From: Gemmatimonadota bacterium
GTDB taxonomy: Bacteria; Gemmatimonadota; Gemmatimonadetes; Longimicrobiales; Gaopeijiaceae
Assembly: GCA_034521595.1 (NCBI GenBank)
Contig: JAXHMG010000002.1
Span: 192,001 to 256,000 of the forward strand
Reading direction: 5' to 3'
Length of the DNA stretch: 64,000 nt
The translations under genes were made by a program, and so were the position numbers. Below the pieces are notes generated by a model. It saw only the letters and a list, made by a program, of their open reading frames with translations. It was not told the DNA's origin and searched no databases. Within the stretch, counting starts at the first letter, position 1. Each line of letters begins with the position of its first letter. Shown here one piece after another: positions 1-7,483 of the stretch.

Positions 1-152
1 CGCTCGTGCTCCGTCTCCTCTACCTGGCAAGCGGGGAACGCTTTCGGGAGCATGCCCGCCTGGCCCGTTGGACGTTCCCGATCTGGGCGTACGTGTCCGT
101 GACCGGACTGGTCGTCTACCTGCTGCTCTACCAGGTGTACGGGTACGTGTGA
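1..152 (+). CDS. DUF420 family membrane protein, 3' end only (partial at window edge)
   Basis: Frame starting at base 3 reads [49 protein letters not shown]-stop (TGA 150-152). [19 protein letters not shown] is the typical DUF420 C-terminus. The stop overlaps the next GTG start. Confidence 0.8.
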   Translation, partial: LVLRLLYLASGERFREHARLARWTFPIWAYVSVTGLVVYLLLYQVYGYV

Positions 153-1114
153 GCCCGCCGGGAGAGCGGCGGATCCTCGGATACGCGGAAGCGCTTCTCG
201 CAGCGGTTCTGTGGGGCTCGTCGGGGATCTTCAGCGTATACCTCTTCGAGCTCGGCGTGCCGCCGCAGAGCCTGGCGCTCCTCCGTCCGGTGCTCGGAAT
301 CCTCATGTTGGCGGCCGTCGTCGCCGGGATCCACGGCTCGGGCGCGCTCCGGACGGACGCGAAGGGCCTCCTCGCTCTGGGTGTGGGCGGCGGAAGCGCC
401 GTCGGCCTGTTCCAGCTCTCGTACCAGATGTCGACGGATGCCGTGGGGGTACCCTCGACAGTAGCGCTCGTGTACCTCGCACCCGCCACCGTGGTGGCCG
501 TGTCCGGCCCGCTCCTCGGAGAGTGGCCGACGGCGCGGAGGGTCGTCCTCGCCGTCGTGACGCTGGCGGGCGTATGGCTCACCGTCCTGGGCGCGGAGCA
601 GGTCACTCCCGAGTTCGGGAAGCCGGGAGTCGTATGGGGCGTCTTGGCCGGCCTGAGCTATGCGGCGTATACCTTGTTCGGCCGTTGGGGGGCGGAACGC
701 TACGGCGCCGGGCCCACCGTGCTCTACAGCCTGATCGGAGCCTGCGTCTGGCTCGCGGCTACGCTCCCGCTCGTGAGTGACGGCCTCGTCCTGCCCGCGC
801 GGGGAGCCGTCTGGGCGCTCATCGCCCTCTTCGCGTTGGTCACGATCGCCGGCGCGCAGTTCCTGTTCTTCGACGCGCTCGGCCGCATCGAAGCGGGGCG
901 GGCTTCGATCACGTCCGCGGCGGAACCCGTCGTCGCGGCCTTGCTCGCCACCGTGCTACTGGCCCAACACCTCACCGGCATGGGGTGGACAGGCGTCGTG
1001 CTCGTCGTGATCGGCGTCGCGGGCGTCGGGTTCGACCGCGCTCGGGCCTCCACCCGGCGCGCCGTGAAGCGACCACCTTCGCGCGCTCGACGCCCCCCGA
1101 CTTCAGGCCGGTAG
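149..1114 (+). CDS. EamA/DMT family transporter
   Basis: About 10 hydrophobic segments in two repeats (AAVLWGSSG..., LVYLAP...[22 protein letters not shown]). Start moved to GTG 149, which overlaps the upstream TGA. Confidence 0.88.
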   Translation: MSPPGERRILGYAEALLAAVLWGSSGIFSVYLFELGVPPQSLALLRPVLGILMLAAVVAGIHGSGALRTDAKGLLALGVGGGSAVGLFQLSYQMSTDAVGVPSTVALVYLAPATVVAVSGPLLGEWPTARRVVLAVVTLAGVWLTVLGAEQVTPEFGKPGVVWGVLAGLSYAAYTLFGRWGAERYGAGPTVLYSLIGACVWLAATLPLVSDGLVLPARGAVWALIALFALVTIAGAQFLFFDALGRIEAGRASITSAAEPVVAALLATVLLAQHLTGMGWTGVVLVVIGVAGVGFDRARASTRRAVKRPPSRARRPPTSGR

Positions 1115-1948
1115 GGAAACCTCCACCTCGGCACCGCCGTCCGGCACGTTCCGGAGGGTGATCTCACCCCCCATGGCTTCCACCGTCTTCCTCGCGTGGG
1201 GCAGACCCAGCCCCAAGCCGTCCTCGGTCTCCGAATAGAACGGGTCGAACGCACGCTTGAACGCGGCCTCGGTGAACCCCGGACCCCGGTCGCGCACGCG
1301 AATCGTGGGTCGACCGTTCTCGGCGACGACGGTCATGTCGATGGTCTCTCCACCCCCGAAGCGGGCCGCGTTGTGCAGGATCAGATAGAGCGCGTCCATG
1401 AGCTGGTCGGGCTCCACGGTGGCTCGCAGGGAGGAAGCCCCGAGCTGCAGTCGCACCGTGGCCTCGTGGTCGGCCGCGAACTCACGGGACACCTGCTGGG
1501 AGAGCTGGACGACGTCGGTTCCCTGGGTCTCTCCCCCGGCTTCCCTCAGGAAGAAGTCCACGTCCGCCAAAGCCCCCAGCGCGCGCTCGATCCGCTCCCG
1601 GAGCTCCGCCTCGTCGGCTTCCGCGGAAACACCGGCGAGCGGAGCACGCACCTGCCGATCGAGGAAACGGCTCACTCTGCCCACGGCGTCGGAAAGGGCG
1701 GCGTGCCGCTCCGCGTCGCGAGGCGCCCAGCTCTTCTCCAACGCCTGCACGAGCTCGGCCGTCGCTCCATCCGGCGAGACGTCGTCGGGTAGTCGGCCGT
1801 GCCCGACGGCTTCGACGACACCGCGAAGCTCTCGCTCGAGTTCGTCCCGAGCGTTCCGTCGTTCCTTGGCACGCACCGCGTTCCTGCCGAACCCGACCAC
1901 CGCCAAGGCCACGACCACGGCCACCACCAGCCCAATCACGATCTCCAT
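1103..1948 (-). CDS. Membrane-anchored histidine kinase-like ATPase (HATPase_c); phosphoacceptor His apparently absent
   Basis: N-terminal TM segment; N box (LILHNAARF), G1 (VRDRGPGF), F box (FDPFYS), G2 (GLGLGL). The H-box position reads LDRQVRAPL. Confidence 0.8.
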   Translation of the reverse strand: MEIVIGLVVAVVVALAVVGFGRNAVRAKERRNARDELERELRGVVEAVGHGRLPDDVSPDGATAELVQALEKSWAPRDAERHAALSDAVGRVSRFLDRQVRAPLAGVSAEADEAELRERIERALGALADVDFFLREAGGETQGTDVVQLSQQVSREFAADHEATVRLQLGASSLRATVEPDQLMDALYLILHNAARFGGGETIDMTVVAENGRPTIRVRDRGPGFTEAAFKRAFDPFYSETEDGLGLGLPHARKTVEAMGGEITLRNVPDGGAEVEVSLPA

Positions 1949-1957
1949 GTTACTCCG

Positions 1958-2422
1958 TCAGTTGGAAGAGTCGACATCCTCGACGTGTCTCTTGAGCGTC
2001 TCGGCGTGGCCTTCCGGGTCCACGCCGCGCCAAACGCCCTGGACGATGCCGTCGCCGTCGATCAGGAACGTGCTGCGCTCGATCGACATCCCGTAGACCG
2101 GATGCTCCTTCCAGACGCCGTACGCCTCGAGCATCTCGTGGCCCTCGTCCGAAAGCAGGGGGAAGTTCAAGCCGTGCTTGGCGCGGAACGCACGGTGCGA
2201 TTCCACCGAATCGGCCGACACCCCCAACACCACCGCGTCCAACTCCTCGAAGTCCGGAAGCGCGTCCCGAAAGTCGCACGCCTGGACCGTGCATCCCGGC
2301 GTGTCGTCCTTCGGGTAGAAGTACAGGATCACGGTCCGACCACGTAGGTCGGAGAGACTGATCTCGCCATCCCGATCGCTCGGGAGGGTGAAGTCGGGGG
2401 CTGAAGATCCCTTCTCGATCAT
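1958..2422 (-). CDS. bcp: Bcp/PrxQ peroxiredoxin
   Basis: APDFTL...LYFYPKDDTPGCTVQACDFRD (PxxxTxxC with a resolving Cys 5 residues later) and ERSTFLID. Start set at ATG 2422. Confidence 0.93.
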   Translation of the reverse strand: MIEKGSSAPDFTLPSDRDGEISLSDLRGRTVILYFYPKDDTPGCTVQACDFRDALPDFEELDAVVLGVSADSVESHRAFRAKHGLNFPLLSDEGHEMLEAYGVWKEHPVYGMSIERSTFLIDGDGIVQGVWRGVDPEGHAETLKRHVEDVDSSN

Positions 2423-2523
2423 GGCGTGCTCATCGGGAGAAAGCGGGCGCCGCAGGGGCAACTTCGGAACGTCCGACGGCTACACCGGCGGTGCATCCGG
2501 GTTTCCTCGATTCGAGACCCCGA

Positions 2524-3195
2524 TCAAGCCGAGCGGGCCGTGGGCGTCTCTTCACCCGCAGCCTCGATCATCCGTGCTTCCCAGCGGCACACCGCGTCGC
2601 CCCGGGCCTGGCACAGGGTGTGCTCGACCCGAGCCGGCTCGCGGCTCACCTGTTCGAGCACCGCCTCGCACAACCCGGCGAGCAGGTAACAGGCGTCCCC
2701 TCCCGGATCGTGCTCCACGAAAAGCAGCGAGCGCCCCTCGATGATGAAGGGCCCCTTGGCGAATCCCCCGAGTTGGCGACCGAACAGCCTACGCAGGCGC
2801 TTGCGCACCCGGGACCTCGCCACGCCGTAGCGCGCCACCGACGGCAGGACGCGGACCCATCCGGGCGCCCGCCCCGGCTCGACGAGCGAGCGACCCACCT
2901 GCTGGAAGACCCTCCGGCCATCCGGACGCCGGATGACGAAGCGGAAGAGGTCGCCCACCTGCTCGTCCGTAAGGCGAGCCCCCTTGCGGGCTTCCTGTTG
3001 AAAGCTTCGGATCTGGCGCTGAACCACGTCGCTCAAGCCGAAGCGCCGGGGCATGGTCCGGCTGGGGTTCTCGTCTTCCATGAGATCCCCCGGAAGGTCC
3101 TGGTCCCTCAGGACCTCGAGTATCCGGAGCGCGACCAGGGCATGGATGCGCTGCGGTTCCTCGGGGGCGGGCAAGCTACTGGACGACTCGGTCAC
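2524..3195 (-). CDS. V4R (4-vinyl reductase-like) domain protein
   Basis: C-terminal ACYLLAGLCEAV...VEHTLCQARGDAVCRWE matches the V4R C..G / E..C.A.G...C pattern. Start at GTG 3195 is inferred; the longer ORF N-terminus looks non-coding. Confidence 0.72.
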   Translation of the reverse strand: MTESSSSLPAPEEPQRIHALVALRILEVLRDQDLPGDLMEDENPSRTMPRRFGLSDVVQRQIRSFQQEARKGARLTDEQVGDLFRFVIRRPDGRRVFQQVGRSLVEPGRAPGWVRVLPSVARYGVARSRVRKRLRRLFGRQLGGFAKGPFIIEGRSLLFVEHDPGGDACYLLAGLCEAVLEQVSREPARVEHTLCQARGDAVCRWEARMIEAAGEETPTARSA

Positions 3196-3241
3196 CGGAG
3201 TACAGTTCACGAAAAGGGGAGGCGGTCCTCGCCACGGCGCG

Positions 3242-3271
3242 CGGCCCACCCAAGTTCTACCACAGGCTGCT
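3242..3271. repeat. Degenerate solo copy of the MITE terminal inverted repeat
   Basis: cggcccacccaagttctaccacaggctgct matches 5765-5794 (cggcccaccagacttctaccacgggctgct) at 26 of 30 positions. Confidence 0.75.
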
Positions 3272-3370
3272 TGAGCCCGACAGCATCGGGTCGACGGGGT
3301 AATGTCGACGCGCGAGGTGGCGAAGGCAACGTGGAACCGCGCCGAATTCCCGCAACGTACCGATTTGAGC

Positions 3371-3399
3371 GTGACGACCGAGCGCCCACCCCCTATATA
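3371..3399 (+). promoter_or_regulatory. Putative sigma70-type promoter
   Basis: GTGACG (3371-3376), 17-nt spacer, TATATA (3394-3399): a rare AT-rich hexamer in GC-rich DNA. Confidence 0.5.
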
Positions 3400-3405
3400 C
3401 AGTGC

Positions 3406-3535
3406 GAGACACGAAGGCGGCGCCCGGATACGGGTGCTGCGGCGGGCGGAGTCGTGTGCGTTTCGGGCCACCACCCTTGGGGGGGTGGGTGTCACTGCCA
3501 CGGGCGTCTCGGCTCCCCCGCCTTTTTTCGTGTCA
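3406..3535 (+). ncRNA. Candidate structured sRNA or attenuator leader (family unknown)
   Basis: Follows the putative promoter. Hairpin 3420-3437. Long stem GGCGGG-C-GGAGTCG (3441-3454) pairs with CGGCTCC-CCCGCC (3510-3522) and is followed by T6 (3523-3528). Internal hairpin CCACCC/GGGTGG. Confidence 0.45.
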
Positions 3536-3608
3536 CCCTCCCAGCCACGAACGGTCCGGCTCGGGCCAACGTGTTTGTGCCACGTGGCCCATGGCGTATC
3601 TTGGCGTC

Positions 3609-4733
3609 ATGAAACGCTATCCTGCCTTCGACCCGCCGGAGTATCTGGAGTGGGAGCCCGATCCCGAGCTCCTACGAGCCTACGCCGAGACCGTCGAGCG
3701 CGATCCCGATCGTTCGGAGGTCCTGCACAGCCTGGGCGAGCCCGACCTGCTCTCGCTCTACCGGGATCTGCTGCGGACCCGCCTACACGACATCGGGCTG
3801 AAGCGGTGGGTGCGCACGGGGGTGATCTCGAAGGCGTGGCTGGGGACGGGTGAGGAAGCAGCCACCGTCGGCACCGTGCGCGCTCTCGATCCCGAGCGCG
3901 ACGTCGTCAGCCCGATGATCCGCAACGCCGGCGCTCTCCACATGATGGGCATGTCGCTCGCGGACATGTTCCGGGGCTACCTGGCGACCTCCGACTCGCC
4001 GAGTCAGGGGCGCGACCTGCACATCGGGGATCTCGAGCGCGGGGTGATCCAGCCCATCAGTCACATGGGAACGAGCGTCACCGTGGTGACCGGAGCAGCC
4101 CTCGCGTTCCAAAGCCGGGGCGAGCCACGGGTGGCGATGACCTGGGTCGGAGACGGCGCGACGAAGACGGCGGCCTGTCACGAGGGACTCAACCTGGCCG
4201 CGGTCCTGAACCTCCCTGCCGTCTTCGTCATCCAGAACAATCAGGTCGCCCTGGGCACCAAGCTCGAGGACCATCACGTCGGCGACCTGCACGCGTGGCC
4301 GGCGATGTACGGGATCGACTCCTGGTCCTGTGACGGGAACAACGTCCTGGACGTATACGCGGCCACCCGCTTGGCCGTCGCTCGCTGCCGGGTGGGACGC
4401 GGCCCCGCCGCGATCGTGGTCGACACGTTCCGGATGGGCGGGCATGCCACCCATGACGAGCGGGAGGCGCGCGAAACCTTTCCAGGCGAGCTCTTCGAGC
4501 ACTGGGGACGCCGGGATCCGGTCGGGCTCTTCGAAGCCTATCTGGAAGGGCGCGGCCTGGCGCCCGAGACGCTCATCGAGATCGAGCGGGAGGTCACCGA
4601 CGAGATGGACCGCGCGGCTGACGAAGCCCTGGCCTCACGGGATCGCATTCCGCCGCCGGAGCAGGCGCTGTACGAAGGCTTCTCGGAAGGCGACCCCCTC
4701 GTCGGCCTCCGGCGGCGTCCGACTATGACCTGA
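3609..4733 (+). CDS. Thiamine pyrophosphate-dependent 2-oxoacid dehydrogenase E1 alpha subunit
   Basis: GTGEEAA, TPP motif WVGDGA...HEGLNLAA...FVIQNN, DGNNVLDV, and FRMGGHATHD. Start set at ATG 3609. Confidence 0.88.
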   Translation: MKRYPAFDPPEYLEWEPDPELLRAYAETVERDPDRSEVLHSLGEPDLLSLYRDLLRTRLHDIGLKRWVRTGVISKAWLGTGEEAATVGTVRALDPERDVVSPMIRNAGALHMMGMSLADMFRGYLATSDSPSQGRDLHIGDLERGVIQPISHMGTSVTVVTGAALAFQSRGEPRVAMTWVGDGATKTAACHEGLNLAAVLNLPAVFVIQNNQVALGTKLEDHHVGDLHAWPAMYGIDSWSCDGNNVLDVYAATRLAVARCRVGRGPAAIVVDTFRMGGHATHDEREARETFPGELFEHWGRRDPVGLFEAYLEGRGLAPETLIEIEREVTDEMDRAADEALASRDRIPPPEQALYEGFSEGDPLVGLRRRPTMT

Positions 4734-4864
4734 CCGCTTGATACGGCGCCATACGGGGCTTTCACGCCCTTCAGGCTTGAACCGGAAGCCGTCTTCGGGC
4801 ATCTTAACGGCACGCAGTAGCAGTACCTCCAACGCGTGAAACACGTCGTTTCACGACGACACAT

Positions 4865-5494
4865 ATGGTCAACCTGAATCCGGACGAGCTGGAGAAGCTC
4901 CTCGGGGAAACCCCCCTCCAGGAGTTAACCGACGAACAGCTCGTGAGCGCGCACCTGCAGGGACGCCCTGAAGCCTTTCAGGAGCTCTACGACCGTTATC
5001 GTGAACGGCTGATCCATTTCGTCACCCGCAAGACCGGGGATCCGGACCGCGCGCAGGACCTGGTCCAGGAAGCATTCATCAGGGTCACGCGTCACCTTCA
5101 CCGGTTCGACACGTCGAAGAAGTTCTCGACGTGGATCTATACGATCGCGAGCAATCTGTCGAAGAACGAGCTCCGGAACCGGTCACGAAGCCCGCTCGTG
5201 CTGTTCCAACGGCTCACGAGCAACTGGGACGACGATCACCGGCCGCTGCAGTTCGAAGACTACTCGATGCAGCCGGACGACCTGTACCGGAAGCGCTACC
5301 TGCGCCGCCTGGTCGAGGACATGGTCAAGGAGCTACCCGAGCACCACCGCCTGGTGTTTCGACTGCGAGAGGTCGAAGGGAAGAGCTACGAGGAGATCGC
5401 CGAGATCACGGGCGTGAACCTCGGTACCGTCAAGAGCAGGCTCCATCGCGCCCGCAACTCGTTCGCTCAACGCATCGAGCCGTTTCTGAACTGA
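4865..5494 (+). CDS. ECF RNA polymerase sigma factor (RpoE/SigW-like)
   Basis: Region 2 AQDLVQEAFIR...FSTWIYTIASN and region 4 SYEEIAEITGVNLGTVKSRLHRAR. Confidence 0.93.
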   Translation: MVNLNPDELEKLLGETPLQELTDEQLVSAHLQGRPEAFQELYDRYRERLIHFVTRKTGDPDRAQDLVQEAFIRVTRHLHRFDTSKKFSTWIYTIASNLSKNELRNRSRSPLVLFQRLTSNWDDDHRPLQFEDYSMQPDDLYRKRYLRRLVEDMVKELPEHHRLVFRLREVEGKSYEEIAEITGVNLGTVKSRLHRARNSFAQRIEPFLN

Positions 5495-5522
5495 GCTGAA
5501 GCAGGCTCCCGGGGAGACCAAC

Positions 5523-5795
5523 TAGCAGCCCGTGGTAGAAGTCTGGTGGGTCGCGCACGAGGGTCTTGCGGATATCGTACAAGGAAGAGCGACGAATGCG
5601 ATGCCCAAGCATCGGAGGAGCGTGATGCCGCGACCGACGCGATAGCGTTGGTCCCCTCGTGCCCTTCGGGTTGGCGGCACGGCCCCATCTCCGTCGTTGC
5701 CACTCCTCGACGTAGCTCGAGGGCTAGGTCTGGCCGTGGCGCCCGGGACCCGGCGCAGCGGGTCCGGCCCACCAGACTTCTACCACGGGCTGCTA
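5523..5795. mobile_element. MITE/REP-like non-autonomous element with 28-bp perfect terminal inverted repeats
   Basis: 5523-5550 tagcagcccgtggtagaagtctggtggg is the exact reverse complement of 5768-5795. The ends sit in CTAG and CTAA contexts. No transposase inside. Confidence 0.8.
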
Positions 5796-5798
5796 AGG

Positions 5799-6485
5799 AT
5801 GTTCGAGGAACTCCGGGCCGCATTCCGGCAGGCGATCGAGAACTTCAATCGGGAGTTGCACCGCGATGAGGTTCCCGAAACGATCGACGAGCTTCTCAAG
5901 AGCATGCAGCGCGAGCTCGTCGATGTCCGGACCCAACTCTCGGAGCTCGAGGAACAGATCCAGCGAGCTCGCACGGAAGCCGATCACGAGGCCGAGCAGG
6001 CGGAGGCGTGCCGTCGCCGAGAAAAGATGGCCCGCCGGATCGAGGACTCCGAGACCGCCGACCTCGCCGCCGAATACGGAGAGCGGCACACGAAGCGGCA
6101 CACTCTGTTGGAGAAGAAGATCACCGCGCTCGAAGAAGAGCTCTCCTTCCGGCGGAAGGACGCCGAAGAGATGCTGGAGAAGATCCAGGATGCCCGCTCG
6201 GAGCGGGACGGCTTGGCTGCCGCCACCGGCCGCGCGCAGGCCCGCCGGACCTTCACGGAAGCGGACGACCTTTTCTCCGAGCTCGATCGCATGTCCGAAA
6301 AGATCGAAGGCGACCGCCGCGCCGTCGAAGCGGCCGACGCCGTGGAAGGTGTCGATTCGGACCGCTCGTCGGACTTCCACGTGGAGTTCGACCGGAAAGC
6401 CGACGCCCCTCCGGACCTCGACGCCGCGTTGGCCGAGCTGAAACGTCGCATGCGCGAGCGCGACGAAGGCGGCGGCGGTACGTGA
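5799..6485 (+). CDS. PspA/IM30 family coiled-coil protein
   Basis: Entirely helical, E/R/A-rich, about 228 aa, with FSELDRMSEKIE and a C-terminal DAALAELKRRM typical of PspA. Start set at ATG 5799. Confidence 0.7.
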   Translation: MFEELRAAFRQAIENFNRELHRDEVPETIDELLKSMQRELVDVRTQLSELEEQIQRARTEADHEAEQAEACRRREKMARRIEDSETADLAAEYGERHTKRHTLLEKKITALEEELSFRRKDAEEMLEKIQDARSERDGLAAATGRAQARRTFTEADDLFSELDRMSEKIEGDRRAVEAADAVEGVDSDRSSDFHVEFDRKADAPPDLDAALAELKRRMRERDEGGGGT

Positions 6486-6503
6486 CCCGGCCCGGCGCGC
6501 GCG

Positions 6504-6995
6504 TTACTCCTCGAGGCGCGCGAGGTCTCTGAAGAAGAGGAGCCCCGCACACTCGCCCGAGAGAAAGAGGATGTCCTCCTTGAAGCGCGCGGCGACGGAA
6601 GTCGTGCGCTCCTCCGTCCCATCGACGACCAGATGCCAGTTCCGACCGGCGCTCTCCCCGAGGAAGACGGTCAGCCCTTCCTTCCCCCGGTCAACCAGCT
6701 CGGGGTTGCCGTCCGGTCCGGGCTCGAGCCCGACGAACGAAGTGAAGTCGAGGCGCGCCGGGTCCGCGCGGAGATCCAGCACGATCAGGGGCTCCGGCTC
6801 CGCACTCCGCTCGGTCCTTCGGGAGGGGCTGCTGAGGATCGCACCGCGATCCCCTTCCGCCAGATAGATGATCCTCCACAAGGGTAGCGCGAAGCGTGAG
6901 CGCTCTCCCTCGCCGCCCCAGAGCGCGAACGCGTCTTGAGCGTCGTCGTCCTCGTCGTCGAGGTACGGGCGAATGTCGATGATGCCGTCGGCCAT
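6504..6995 (-). CDS. Hypothetical protein
   Basis: Protein-like composition, fills the gap between genes; no family recognised. Start set at ATG 6995. Confidence 0.65.
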   Translation of the reverse strand: MADGIIDIRPYLDDEDDDAQDAFALWGGEGERSRFALPLWRIIYLAEGDRGAILSSPSRRTERSAEPEPLIVLDLRADPARLDFTSFVGLEPGPDGNPELVDRGKEGLTVFLGESAGRNWHLVVDGTEERTTSVAARFKEDILFLSGECAGLLFFRDLARLEE

Positions 6996-7140
6996 ATCCC
7001 GAATCAACACCCGTGCGCTCGGCGCGTCAAATCATTGCTCGCCCGCCGTGCCGTCTGGCTCTGTCCAAGCCCTTCGAATACATTCCCTGCGTTGAGCATC
7101 CCTCCATCTCAGGTAACCGGGAAGAGGTTCGGGACCCGAA

Positions 7141-7419
7141 ATGCAGAATTGGATCGGTATCGCGATCTGGATCGTCATGGGCTCGGTCGTCGGGCTCGCC
7201 ATGAAGGCGTTCATCCAGCGCCCCGAGGAGACTCCGGGCCATACGCCCGTCCTGATGGCCCTGGGCGCCTTCGCGGCCGTCATCGGGGGCATGCTCGGCG
7301 TCGGCATCGCCCACCTCCACGAGCCTCTCGCGATCAGCCCGGGGGGGATGGTGGGCGCCGCGGTCTTCTCGGTCATGATGACCTTCGTCTACCGGTGGGG
7401 CCTCCGCACCCTCATCTGA
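7141..7419 (+). CDS. Small membrane protein, GlsB/YeaQ/YmgE (transglycosylase-associated)-like
   Basis: 92 aa with 3 TM segments; WIVMGSVVGL...LGAFAAVIGGML...GMVGAAVFSV pattern. Confidence 0.7.
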   Translation: MQNWIGIAIWIVMGSVVGLAMKAFIQRPEETPGHTPVLMALGAFAAVIGGMLGVGIAHLHEPLAISPGGMVGAAVFSVMMTFVYRWGLRTLI

Positions 7420-7483
7420 CGCCGCACTTCGCCGCTCCGCGTTCTCGAGGGAACCGAGCGGGCACCTCCGTCGTCGCCCGAGC

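Noticed and set aside
3402-3608. In-frame N-terminal extension of E1-alpha
   Set aside because: It starts immediately after the putative -10 and spans the structured RNA and T-tract; ATG 3609 gives a normal-length protein.
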